A DNA stretch of 64,000 bases, taken from NCBI GenBank assembly GCA_963707505.1, contig CAVPQB010000006.1, positions 224,001 to 288,000 on the forward strand. The letters run 5' to 3'. Both the position numbers and the translations under genes were made by a program. This document shows, piece after piece, positions 50,058 through 59,307 of the stretch (its first letter is position 1; each line of letters opens with the position of its first letter). Source of the stretch: an uncultured Gemmatimonadales bacterium (GTDB taxonomy: Bacteria; Gemmatimonadota; Gemmatimonadetes; Gemmatimonadales; Gemmatimonadaceae). The notes under the pieces are model-generated. The model made no database searches. It worked only from the letters and a program-made list of their open reading frames with translations, and was not told where the DNA came from.

Positions 50058-51295
50058 TGCGCAAACCGCACGTTACGCACCGTCACATCAACCGCCTTGT
50101 TGAACTTCCGGAGCGCAGTGCTGCCAAACCTCCGGAACGCCGGAGCGTCCGCACGTATGCGCACCGTGTACCGGCCCTTTCCAGGAACCGGCACGTTCAA
50201 CCCGTAATGATTCATCCACGGATGCCACATGAACGGCATCGAGTACGTATCGATCTCTCGCCTGCGTGAATCCAGGATTGTAGCACGCACCTTCAACCCA
50301 GGCACGAACCGCCCCGTGGTTGCATCACGTACGATCACATCGAGATGAGCAACCGGTCCAATGTTGTTGTTCGGTCGCTCATAGCTCAGCTCTCCATTGC
50401 GAGCCTCCCACGTCCCGCGCGCAGCGTGCACTACCAGAGCTACCTTGTAGTCACCTGAGCGCACTTGCGATCCACTGACATCGGCACTGCGCAACATCTC
50501 GGAAAGCGGCCGATCGATCACGTCACCCTCGCCGCGCGCAAGGTCCACAGTCTGACGCGACTCGCCTCGCGCCAGACGCTCCGATGCTGCCGCGAGTGAA
50601 TCGGGAGGAACAACGATGTGTGCGAATCTCGCCATTACGTTCCTGGTAAAACGATCGCCGTTGGCCTGATCATGCCTGGCATACCTCGGCATCGATATGT
50701 ACACGCGCAGCGTGAACGGACTCGACGGAAGAACGAGATTCTCGCCATACCGATTGAGAATGGGATGCCACCCGAACGGCAGCACAGCACTCTGTTCATC
50801 TCTGGAATTTTCGGACTCCAACACCGCACGTACATCCAGCCCCTGCACCATGCGGCCGTCGGCAGCGTCGCGTATAACCACTGCAACGTGCGCCGATCCC
50901 GGCACGACTGTCGTATGATGCGCTGGTAGATTCGACTGAGCAGCTTCTAGATCGTAGTAGTCGTCAGCCGGCGTGATCAGGTAGGTGATGAGGTATTCTC
51001 CGGCCGCCATCTCACCACTTGCTGCAGCTTCCTCAGCTTCGACCCAATCCACTTCGCGACCCAACGCCTTGCCCTCATCCAGCGCACGATCGAGTTGCGA
51101 AGATGTTGCATCTTCACTTTCCCGAAGCGACGGCATCACAGGCGGAGTCGGAATTTCTACAGGAATGACATGCGCAGCCGCTTTGCCTGGCTCCGATCTC
51201 GGAACGGGCGCAACAACCTGAGTACGCGCAGCACAGCCTGCACACATGGCAACGACGGTCATGCCGGCTATCGATACGTACCCACGCGTTCGCAT
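50054..51295 (-). CDS. Lipoprotein with two tandem P19/FetP/Tpd-like (iron transport) domains
   Basis: Lipobox CAGC; two copies of AHxxVxxRDAxxGRxVxGLxVRA...PFxWHPxxxxYGxN. Confidence 0.75.
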   Translation of the reverse strand: MRTRGYVSIAGMTVVAMCAGCAARTQVVAPVPRSEPGKAAAHVIPVEIPTPPVMPSLRESEDATSSQLDRALDEGKALGREVDWVEAEEAAASGEMAAGEYLITYLITPADDYYDLEAAQSNLPAHHTTVVPGSAHVAVVIRDAADGRMVQGLDVRAVLESENSRDEQSAVLPFGWHPILNRYGENLVLPSSPFTLRVYISMPRYARHDQANGDRFTRNVMARFAHIVVPPDSLAAASERLARGESRQTVDLARGEGDVIDRPLSEMLRSADVSGSQVRSGDYKVALVVHAARGTWEARNGELSYERPNNNIGPVAHLDVIVRDATTGRFVPGLKVRATILDSRRREIDTYSMPFMWHPWMNHYGLNVPVPGKGRYTVRIRADAPAFRRFGSTALRKFNKAVDVTVRNVRFAQ

Positions 51296-51326
51296 CGCAA
51301 CGCGCGGCCACCGTGTCACTATCAGG

Positions 51327-51611
51327 TCACGCAGATGTTACGAACATGCCGAGCCACTCGGGCCAGTTCCCACTGAGCTCGAAGAAGTCGTCGAAGTAGC
51401 GAAGCCCGATCGTCTCCAACTGAATCACCAGATCGCTCAACATGTCGTCGGACGGCAGTGGCCCGATCGCTATCAGTCCTCCTTCGACCACAAATTCTTC
51501 GTCGGTCAGATTGAAGCGCGCATCGAGCGCGTGGCGCTCCAGCCCCACGCGCTCGAACGCTTCGCGTCGGACGAAGACTGTAGGGCGGTCACGTGTAACG
51601 GAGATCGGCAT
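51327..51611 (-). CDS. Small acidic hypothetical protein
   Basis: 94 aa ORF divergent from mnmG; GLRYFDDFFELSGNWPEW. Confidence 0.7.
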   Translation of the reverse strand: MPISVTRDRPTVFVRREAFERVGLERHALDARFNLTDEEFVVEGGLIAIGPLPSDDMLSDLVIQLETIGLRYFDDFFELSGNWPEWLGMFVTSA

Positions 51612-51660
51612 GGTCCAAAGTTAGTGGTGTGCCCTACATTTATAGTGGGACCCCACAACC

Positions 51661-53583
51661 ATGCAAAGTTTCGAATCCTCATTCGACGTAATCGTCATAG
51701 GCGCCGGGCACGCGGGCACCGAGGCGGCAGTTGCCGCCGCGCGGCTCGGTGCATCCGTCGCCCTCATCACTAGCGCGCTTGAAACTATCGGCCAGATGTC
51801 GTGCAATCCGGCCATTGGTGGGGTTGCCAAGGGCACTGTAGTCCGTGAAGTGGACGCACTCGGCGGAATCATGGGCCGAGCCACCGATCTGGCTTCACTG
51901 CAGTTCCGCATGCTCAATCGGAGCAAGGGGCCGGCAGTGTGGTCTCCCCGCGCGCAGTGCGATCGCGGCCTCTATCGTAGAGCGGCTCGTAGCCTGATCG
52001 AAGAACACCCCAACCTTCAGACCATCCAGGGGACCGTCGCCCGGCTCATAATGGATGAGGCCGGTGCAACCGTACGCGGCGCGGAGACACTCGAAGGCCG
52101 GAAGTTCGGCGCGCGCTGCGTCGTAATAACCGCTGGAACGTTTCTCAGAGGACGAATCCACATCGGCACCGAGATGAGTCTTTCCGGCGGTAGAGCCGGT
52201 GAGTCCGCCACCACGCATCTCGCCGAGCAGCTCGAGCGTGCTGGACTTACGGTGGAACGATTCAAGACTGGCACGCCGCCGCGCATCGATGGACGGTCTG
52301 TCGATTTCTCGCAGCTCCAGGTCCAGGAAAGCGAAATCGATCAGTTTGATTACTCCTGGTCTCATTTCTGGCCTGTACCACGGTCGACCACCTACGGTAC
52401 TCGTCATCCCACTCAGCTCCCGTGCTGGATCACCTACCTTGGCGCGCCCGGAAAGCAGATAATCGCTGACAACATTGGCAAGTCGGCCATGTACGGCGGC
52501 GCGATTTCGGCCCGAGGCCCACGCTACTGTCCCTCCGTCGAGGACAAGATCCTCCGATTTCCGGACGCGGAGCGCCACCAGATATTTCTCGAGCCGGAAG
52601 GTCACGACACGAGTGAGCTCTACGTCAACGGGCTTTCGACATCACTTCCTGCCGACGTCCAGGTCGAGATCCTCCATAGCATTCCTGGACTCGAGCGCGC
52701 CCGCATGAACCGCGCAGGGTATGCGATCGAATACGATTACTATCCTCCCACGCAGCTCGACCCGTCGCTGCAGGTCAAGGCCATACACGGCTTGTACTTC
52801 GCCGGCCAGATCAACGGCACAACGGGCTACGAGGAAGCCGCCGGGCAGGGAGTGGTTGCGGGCCTGAACGCCGGACTCGCCGTCACGGGTCGAGATCCGA
52901 TCGTGCTTGGCCGACACACGTCGTACATTGGAGTGCTGATCGACGATCTCGTGACGCGTGGCGTGGATGAGCCGTACCGCTTGTTCACCTCGCGTTCCGA
53001 GTTTCGCCTTACCGTGCGACAGGACAATGCGATCGAGCGTCTCGCGCCCATCGCCCTCGAGCTCGGCCTGTATAGTGAGCGCGAGCGTCAGGTCGTCGAG
53101 CGCCGTTTCGCAGCTGATCGCGAGGCGCGCAGACTCGCTGAAGAGACCAGCATCCGTCCCGAACAGGCCGCACCCGTCCTGTCGGACGCGGACAGCAACG
53201 CGCTGGTGCACTCTGTGAAGGTCGCCGAAGTTGCCAGACGCCAGAGCGTTTCACTTGCTTCCTTGTTTGCCGCCGTTGGCGTGGGACAGGACCTCGATCC
53301 AGCGGCAGTCCTCTCGACAGAGCTCGAGATCAAGTACGCTGGATACTTCGACCGCGAGCGTATTCAGGCGGACAAGATCAAGCGGATGGGTGAGTTTTCC
53401 CTCCCGGAAGATCTTGATTACGCCAGAATGGCGTCACTCACTTTCGAAGCGCGCCACAAGCTCACTGCAATTCGACCTCGCTCTCTAGCCCAGGTCTCCC
53501 GCATCCCCGGCGTCAGCCCTAACGACATTCAGAACCTCGTCATAGAAGTCGAGCGATATCACAGACGCGGTTTCGCCAAGTAG
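51661..53583 (+). CDS. mnmG: tRNA uridine-5-carboxymethylaminomethyl modification enzyme
   Basis: VIGAGHAGTEAA, MSCNPAIGG, RFKTGTPPR, GPRYCPSVEDK, AGQINGTTGYEEAAGQG. Confidence 0.98.
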   Translation: MQSFESSFDVIVIGAGHAGTEAAVAAARLGASVALITSALETIGQMSCNPAIGGVAKGTVVREVDALGGIMGRATDLASLQFRMLNRSKGPAVWSPRAQCDRGLYRRAARSLIEEHPNLQTIQGTVARLIMDEAGATVRGAETLEGRKFGARCVVITAGTFLRGRIHIGTEMSLSGGRAGESATTHLAEQLERAGLTVERFKTGTPPRIDGRSVDFSQLQVQESEIDQFDYSWSHFWPVPRSTTYGTRHPTQLPCWITYLGAPGKQIIADNIGKSAMYGGAISARGPRYCPSVEDKILRFPDAERHQIFLEPEGHDTSELYVNGLSTSLPADVQVEILHSIPGLERARMNRAGYAIEYDYYPPTQLDPSLQVKAIHGLYFAGQINGTTGYEEAAGQGVVAGLNAGLAVTGRDPIVLGRHTSYIGVLIDDLVTRGVDEPYRLFTSRSEFRLTVRQDNAIERLAPIALELGLYSERERQVVERRFAADREARRLAEETSIRPEQAAPVLSDADSNALVHSVKVAEVARRQSVSLASLFAAVGVGQDLDPAAVLSTELEIKYAGYFDRERIQADKIKRMGEFSLPEDLDYARMASLTFEARHKLTAIRPRSLAQVSRIPGVSPNDIQNLVIEVERYHRRGFAK

Positions 53584-53670
53584 CTGTTGGGCTTGGCCGT
53601 TGTGTCGCTTGTTCCTTTCGATTCTGGAACGTCGTATTTTCTTTCCTCTCCTTTCAAAGGAAGCGCGCGT

Positions 53671-54033
53671 TTGGTCGAAATATCGATCGCCGATGGAATG
53701 GCCGTCTTCGATGTCCAGGGCATGGATAAGTTCTGGGCGCTGAGGAGCCAGATCAAGGTCCCTCTCGTACACATTACCGCTGCGACGATAGACCCCGAAG
53801 CCGCACGTGGATGGTGGCATGGCCTTCGTATGCCCGGGACCCAGATTCCAGGCGTCATCACCGCCGGCACGTTCTATCAGCATGGCAGACGTGTCTTCTA
53901 TGACGTGCACGATACTGACAACACAATAGTCATAGCGCTGAATCACGAGAAGTTCGATCAACTCATCGTTGAAGTCGCAGATCCAGAAGTCGAAGTGAGA
54001 AAGCTTGCTGCCGCATTGAAATCCGCATCGTAA
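53671..54033 (+). CDS. Conserved hypothetical protein (bacterial PH-like)
   Basis: DKFWALRSQIKVPL...GLRMPGTQIPGVITAGTFY...LIVEVADP. Confidence 0.75.
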   Translation: MVEISIADGMAVFDVQGMDKFWALRSQIKVPLVHITAATIDPEAARGWWHGLRMPGTQIPGVITAGTFYQHGRRVFYDVHDTDNTIVIALNHEKFDQLIVEVADPEVEVRKLAAALKSAS

Positions 54034-54141
54034 CTGGCGGCGTGACCGCGATCAGTTATCGACGCAGAGTTGGCGCGCGAATGGTTCACGCACGAATGAT
54101 TCGCGCATACGTGCAATCCACCCGCAGACGGAGCTTATGTC

Positions 54142-54426
54142 ATGTCGAACATTCGGAGCATCACGAGGATCGAGCCTGGCCAGTTCGCGCTGATAGTTGG
54201 TGTCACGTACCTTCTCATTGGAATCATTATCGGCGTCCTCATGTATCTGTTCACTTCCATGATTCCTATGCCCGCTCCGTTCGGCAGTGCAGCTCGCGGG
54301 ATCGGAGTCATTTTCATCCCGGTCATCTACGGAGTGATTGGCTACATCAGCGGCTTTATCGGTGCCGCGATTTATAACCTTGTCGCTGGTACCGTTGGTG
54401 GCATAAAGGTTACAGTTAGCGAGTAA
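54142..54426 (+). CDS. Small membrane protein (DUF3566-like)
   Basis: Two TM helices, C-terminal IYNLVAGTVGGIKV; GGAG RBS. Confidence 0.7.
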   Translation: MSNIRSITRIEPGQFALIVGVTYLLIGIIIGVLMYLFTSMIPMPAPFGSAARGIGVIFIPVIYGVIGYISGFIGAAIYNLVAGTVGGIKVTVSE

Positions 54427-54449
54427 CAATTCGCTGAGGATTACGTCGC

Positions 54450-55433
54450 ATCGCTGACCCAGTACCCCCTGTAAACAAGCCGGTTACAGATCCGGACGCC
54501 GCTCGTAACCTGGGCTTCGGGAACCGCATCGCGGTAGATAGTCGCGTAAGGCTACTAAATCGCGACGGCACGTTCAACGTAGAACTCGCGGGGACGAAGG
54601 GCAGGCACACCTTCGCTCCATACCACGCGCTACTCGGCATGGGGTGGGGGCGCTTCCTGCTCATCTTCGCGACGTTCTACCTCGTGGTGAACGCGGTGTT
54701 CGCGGGCGCCTATCTCGCATGCGGCCGCAATGCACTCGCCGGTGCTGGCTTCGCCGGACACTCCACGCTGTTCAGTGACTACTTTCGTGCCTACTTCTTC
54801 AGTGTCGAGACGTTCGGTACCATTGGCTACGGGAACATCGCGCCGGTGGGAATGCCGGCGAATATTCTGCTTACTGTCGAGTCGTTCATTGGATTGCTGA
54901 GTGCAGCGCTCGCGACAGGCCTGGTGTTTGCGCGATTCTCCCGGCCGAGTGCTGCGATCATGTATAGCAGGCACGCGCTGATCGCACCGTACCGTGGTAT
55001 CAAAGCGTTCATGTTCCGTTGCGCCAACGAACGCAGCAATCAGTTGATCGAAGTCTCGGTGCAAATCATGTACAGCAGAATCGTCGTGCGTCCAAATGGT
55101 GATCGTGTGCGAGAGTTCACATCACTGCCGCTGGAATTCGATAAGGTCACCTTCTTCGCTCTCAGCTGGACCGTCGTGCACCCGATCGATGAATCCAGCC
55201 CGTTGTTCCAATGCAATGCTGAAACATTGATAGCGAACGAAGCAGAATTTCTCGTCCTGCTCTCGGGGAACGATGAAACGTTCTCGCAGGCCGTGCACTC
55301 CCGAACGTCGTACAAGGCGAACGAGATTATCTGGAACGCGCGATTCCGTTCGATGTTCATCGAGTCCACCACGAGGGGTACCACCGGAATGGATCTGGCG
55401 CGCATCCACGATTACGAGCTGGTACAGCTCTGA
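54450..55433 (+). CDS. Inward-rectifier potassium channel (KirBac-like); probable start at ATC 54450
   Basis: FFSVETFGTIGYG filter, GLVFARFSRP, WTVVHPIDESSPL; conserved LGFG...RLLNRDGTFNV lies upstream of the first ATG. Confidence 0.92.
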   Translation: MADPVPPVNKPVTDPDAARNLGFGNRIAVDSRVRLLNRDGTFNVELAGTKGRHTFAPYHALLGMGWGRFLLIFATFYLVVNAVFAGAYLACGRNALAGAGFAGHSTLFSDYFRAYFFSVETFGTIGYGNIAPVGMPANILLTVESFIGLLSAALATGLVFARFSRPSAAIMYSRHALIAPYRGIKAFMFRCANERSNQLIEVSVQIMYSRIVVRPNGDRVREFTSLPLEFDKVTFFALSWTVVHPIDESSPLFQCNAETLIANEAEFLVLLSGNDETFSQAVHSRTSYKANEIIWNARFRSMFIESTTRGTTGMDLARIHDYELVQL

Positions 55434-55540
55434 GCTTTCAGTCTCCCGACGCTGTGCTAGCTCGGCACAATAGCTGCCGCATCGGTGTTCCAACACGAGA
55501 GACGAACCAATTTCCTTTCTACAAATTTCATGGAGCGTTG

Positions 55541-56257
55541 ATGCTACTCGATAAAGTCCTCGTACTCTCCGTCTTCTCGGGGACGTTGCTCGCAGCCCAG
55601 AGCGCACCCATGACACACGACCCAATTCCTACGATAGCGAGCTCTGCGACCGCAGAAGCCAGGTTCACGCCTGACCGTGCAACCATCAGCATCAGCGTTC
55701 AGACCAAGGCAACGACCGCGGCAGCGGCAGCCACAGACAATGCCAGAAAGCAAAACGCTGTGTTGTCAGCTTTACACGGGTTAGGATTGTCTAACGAACA
55801 ACTATCTACAACGGGCTATAGCGTGAACCCGGAGTATCGTTACGACCCCAACCGCGCGCCTACTCTTACCGGCTACACGGTAACAAACACCGTCCTCGCA
55901 GACATACACGACCTCAAACAAGTTGGTAAGGTGCTCGATACAGCGCTCGCGAGCGGCTCCAACATGATCTCCTCGCTCGACTTCTACGCAAGCAATACCG
56001 ACGCTGCCCGTCAGAAGGCACTCGCCGATGCAGTAGCGAAAGCGCGCGCCGACGCCGAAGTTGCCGCCAAAGCCGCAGGTGGATCTCTAGGCCCTCTTAT
56101 GCATCTAAGTGTTGGAGGCGGTGGATCGTATCCTCCTCCGAGACCCATGTTCGCCGCGAAGACGATGGCCCAATCCGCAGACACCCAGATCAATCCGGGC
56201 CAGCAGACTATCAGTGTCAGCGTCTCGGCGGACTGGCGTTTCACCCCAAATCCCTGA
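55541..56257 (+). CDS. SIMPL/DUF541 (YggE-like) exported protein
   Basis: PDRATISISV, YSVNPEY, GYTVTN, ARQKALADAV.KARADAE, INPGQQTI. Confidence 0.88.
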   Translation: MLLDKVLVLSVFSGTLLAAQSAPMTHDPIPTIASSATAEARFTPDRATISISVQTKATTAAAAATDNARKQNAVLSALHGLGLSNEQLSTTGYSVNPEYRYDPNRAPTLTGYTVTNTVLADIHDLKQVGKVLDTALASGSNMISSLDFYASNTDAARQKALADAVAKARADAEVAAKAAGGSLGPLMHLSVGGGGSYPPPRPMFAAKTMAQSADTQINPGQQTISVSVSADWRFTPNP

Positions 56258-56261
56258 CTCG

Positions 56262-56302
56262 TTTTTTCACGTTCCACAGTTTGGCTTTTTTCACGTTCCA
56301 CA
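56262..56302 (+). repeat. Two exact 17-bp direct repeats upstream of parA
   Basis: TTTTTTCACGTTCCACA at 56262 and 56286. Confidence 0.8.
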
Positions 56303-56393
56303 AAGAGGGCAGCCGATCGCTGCCCTCTTCGCATTTTCAGTCCCAAACATCCACCCCTCCATGACCGAAGGCTCGTTCTCCGCGCCAAACCGT

Positions 56394-56441
56394 AGATCGT
56401 GAAGAAGATCGTGAAGTAGATCGTAAAGCAGATCATGCGGC
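56394..56441 (+). repeat. Four tandem 12-bp GATC-containing repeats upstream of parA
   Basis: AGATCGTGAAGA AGATCGTGAAGT AGATCGTAAAGC AGATCATGCGGC. Confidence 0.75.
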
Positions 56442-56499
56442 ACGCGTCGGACGGCCTTAGATTCCTCGACCTCTTCCTCCGCCAGGTACATTCCGCCAA

Positions 56500-57300
56500 T
56501 TGTCCAGAGTCATAGCTGTCGCGAATCAAAAAGGCGGCGTCGGAAAGACGACGACCGCAGTGAACCTTGCAGCCTCTCTCTCAGCAGCTGAACAGCGCAC
56601 GCTCCTGGTAGATGGAGATCCGCAAGGCAATGCCACTAGCGGTATCGGAATTGAGCCCAAGGACATCGGTAAAACGGTTTATGAAGTGCTTCTGGGTGAG
56701 GCCACTGTCGCCGAAGCCCGCAAGGTGGGTGAGCACTTCCGCCTCCTCGATGTCCTCCCCGCAACACCAGATCTTGCAGGCGCGGAAATCGAGCTGGTCG
56801 ATCAGCCACACCGGGAACAGCGAATGCGCGATGCGCTGAAAACGGTCAGAGACGACTACGATTTCATTCTCATCGATTGCCCGCCGTCTCTCGGACTCAT
56901 CACCATCAATATGCTGGCAGCGGCAGATGCGCTGATCATCCCCCTACAGTGTGAGTACTACGCGCTCGAAGGCCTCTCTCAGCTCCTCAACACCGTTCAT
57001 CGGGTCCAGCAGGGCGTCAATCCGTCGCTCGGCATCGATGGGGTGCTACTCACCATGTACGATGCTCGACTCAACCTGAGTCGCCAGGTCGCGAGCGATG
57101 CACGTGAATATTTCGGCTCGCAGGTCTTCGAGACGGTAATCCCACGGAATGTCAGGCTCGCAGAAGCACCCAGCTTCGGAAAGCCGATTATCCTCTACGA
57201 TGTTGCCTCAGTTGGTGCGCAAGCGTACATGGGGGTTGCAAGAGAATTGATTCAACGAGAGACGCTGGTGACCAACAGCAATGGGGAAGCGACCCAATGA
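56500..57300 (+). CDS. parA: Chromosome partitioning ATPase ParA/Soj
   Basis: NQKGGVGKTTT, DPQGNA, IDCPPSLG, QCEYYALEG, IPRNVRLAEAPSFG. Confidence 0.97.
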   Translation: MSRVIAVANQKGGVGKTTTAVNLAASLSAAEQRTLLVDGDPQGNATSGIGIEPKDIGKTVYEVLLGEATVAEARKVGEHFRLLDVLPATPDLAGAEIELVDQPHREQRMRDALKTVRDDYDFILIDCPPSLGLITINMLAAADALIIPLQCEYYALEGLSQLLNTVHRVQQGVNPSLGIDGVLLTMYDARLNLSRQVASDAREYFGSQVFETVIPRNVRLAEAPSFGKPIILYDVASVGAQAYMGVARELIQRETLVTNSNGEATQ

Positions 57301-58235
57301 GCGCGGACAAAACCCCGTCACCTCGCCGCCTTGGGAGAGGACTAGACGCCCTGCTCGGTGAGCGGACAACTCAAAGGCCGAGATCATCTCCAACGGCACC
57401 TGTCGAAGAATCGGATACGAAGGTGGCCGAGCCAGTTAGCGCGCTTCGTGAAATCGCGGTCACCGACATCCGCCCGAACCACTACCAGCCGAGAAAGGAA
57501 TTCAGCCCCGAAGATTTGAAAGAGCTCGCCGATAGCATTCGGACAGCGGGACTGCTCCAGCCAATAGCGGTGCGAAACACGAAGGATGGATACGAGCTCG
57601 TCGCCGGCGAGCGTCGGCTCCGCGCAATCAAATCACTTGGTTGGACCACAGTACCGGCGATAGTCCGGGACTACGACGACCGTACCATGCTTACCCTCGC
57701 GCTGATAGAGAATTTGCAGCGCGCAGATCTCAACCCAATAGAGGAAGCTGAAGGCTACGCCCGTCTCGCGAGCGAGTTCGACCTCACCCAGAACGAGATC
57801 GCTGACCTGGTTGGAAAGGATCGCTCGACGGTCGCGAATCTCCAGCGAGTTCTTCAGCTGCCGGCAGCAGTACGCAAGATGCTCGAGACTGGCGCGTTGA
57901 GCCTCGGCCACGCGCGACCGCTTCTCGCACTCGAAAACCCTGCGCTAGCCACCAAGCTCGCCACAGAGGCCGTCGAGCATGGCCTCTCGGTGCGCGCGAT
58001 CGAAGAGCGCGTCAGACAGGATGCACCACGTCATGACAAGCCGCGCCGCGGCAGGCCGCGTAAGGAAGACACTCGCCCGCCTGAAGTGAGACATGTCGAA
58101 GATCTCCTGAGAAAGCGTTTTCAAACTGATGTATCACTCGTTCGAAAGAAGCGCGACAAGGGCGAGCTGCGAATCCAGTTCTACTCCACTGAAGATCTGA
58201 ATCGCCTCCTGGAAGCCATGGGAGCAATCGATTGA
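57297..58235 (+). CDS. parB: Chromosome partitioning protein ParB/Spo0J
   Basis: LGRGLDAL, QPRKEF, GLLQPI, AGERRLRA, IENLQRADLNPIEEA, HTH. Confidence 0.97.
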   Translation: MSADKTPSPRRLGRGLDALLGERTTQRPRSSPTAPVEESDTKVAEPVSALREIAVTDIRPNHYQPRKEFSPEDLKELADSIRTAGLLQPIAVRNTKDGYELVAGERRLRAIKSLGWTTVPAIVRDYDDRTMLTLALIENLQRADLNPIEEAEGYARLASEFDLTQNEIADLVGKDRSTVANLQRVLQLPAAVRKMLETGALSLGHARPLLALENPALATKLATEAVEHGLSVRAIEERVRQDAPRHDKPRRGRPRKEDTRPPEVRHVEDLLRKRFQTDVSLVRKKRDKGELRIQFYSTEDLNRLLEAMGAID

Positions 58236-58250
58236 CCGATCAATTCCCGA

Positions 58251-58351
58251 ATATTCACACAGTTATCAACAATCATCATAAACCGTTGTCATGAAAGGAC
58301 TTAACGCGCTTACATGCCAACGGGTATCAAGGTTATCCACAGTTATCCACA
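58251..58351 (+). promoter_or_regulatory. DnaA-box cluster
   Basis: Perfect TTATCCACA at 58333 and 58343; near matches ATATTCACA at 58251 and TTATCAACA at 58263. Confidence 0.7.
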
Positions 58352-59307
58352 GCTTGTTCGCAATCGCGATTGTGGCTTGCGGAGGCGCCAGGGAGCAGGC
58401 AAAGCCAGCATCCAATGCATTCAAGGTCGCACTGGTGACGACGGGGTCGGTCTCGGATCAGGGCTGGAACGCTGGTGCCTATCAGGGCCTCCTGGCGATC
58501 AAGGATTCGCTCGGTGCACACATCTCGAACGTCCAGACGCAGACGCCGGCGGAGATCGACGAGAACTTTCGACAGTACGGCGCGCAGGGATACAACCTCG
58601 TTTTCGGACATGGTTTCGAGTATCAGGATCCAGCGATTCGTGTCGCGCCATCGTTTCCGAGGACGGTATTCGTAACTACCTCAGGCGTGAAAACAGCGCC
58701 GAACGTGGGTGGCGTTTATTTCACCTTTTCGGATGGTGCATACCTGGCTGGCATTGTCGCAGGTGCCGCATCTCGCAGTGGCGTCATTGGAGCGATTGGG
58801 GGGACACAGCTCCCGCCAGTCGCTGCTGCATTCAAGGCATTCGAAGCGGGTGCAAAGTCAGTCAATCCGAATGTGAAGCTGCTCACCGCCTACGTTGGGA
58901 ATTGGGATGACGCCAGCGCAGCCAGGGAGCAGGCGCTCGCACAGATCGCTCGCGGAGCGGACGTGATATTCCAGGATGCGGATGCAGCTGGACTCGGCGT
59001 TTTCCAGGCAGCGCGTCAATCCAAAACCGTGCGTGTGATCGGATCCAACTCCGACCAGAACGCGGTTGCGCCGGAGGTGACGCTCGGAAGCGTCGTCATC
59101 GATCTTCCACGAGCAATGATGATCATCGCACGCGACGTGAAGAGTGGCGCATTCAAGGGTCACGTTTACCGACTGGGCGAAAATGACGGCGTCGTTCGCT
59201 GGACAGCTAATCCCAAGCTTGCAGCCGAGATTTCGCCGGCAACGGCGGCGAGGCTGGACTCGGCTCGGAAGCTGATCGACGCGAGGACACTCAAGGTGCC
59301 AGAATGA
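58291..59307 (+). CDS. BMP family ABC substrate-binding lipoprotein (nucleoside/purine)
   Basis: Lipobox IVAC, DQGWNAGAYQG, GHGFEY, YVGNWDD, GADVIF. Confidence 0.9.
   Translation: MKGLNALTCQRVSRLSTVIHSLFAIAIVACGGAREQAKPASNAFKVALVTTGSVSDQGWNAGAYQGLLAIKDSLGAHISNVQTQTPAEIDENFRQYGAQGYNLVFGHGFEYQDPAIRVAPSFPRTVFVTTSGVKTAPNVGGVYFTFSDGAYLAGIVAGAASRSGVIGAIGGTQLPPVAAAFKAFEAGAKSVNPNVKLLTAYVGNWDDASAAREQALAQIARGADVIFQDADAAGLGVFQAARQSKTVRVIGSNSDQNAVAPEVTLGSVVIDLPRAMMIIARDVKSGAFKGHVYRLGENDGVVRWTANPKLAAEISPATAARLDSARKLIDARTLKVPE

Noticed and set aside
56291..56491. 66-aa minus-strand ORF with an LLHD repeat and CPLC
   Set aside because: The peptide repeat is just the 12-bp DNA repeat read in frame; no RBS, and it occupies the parA promoter region
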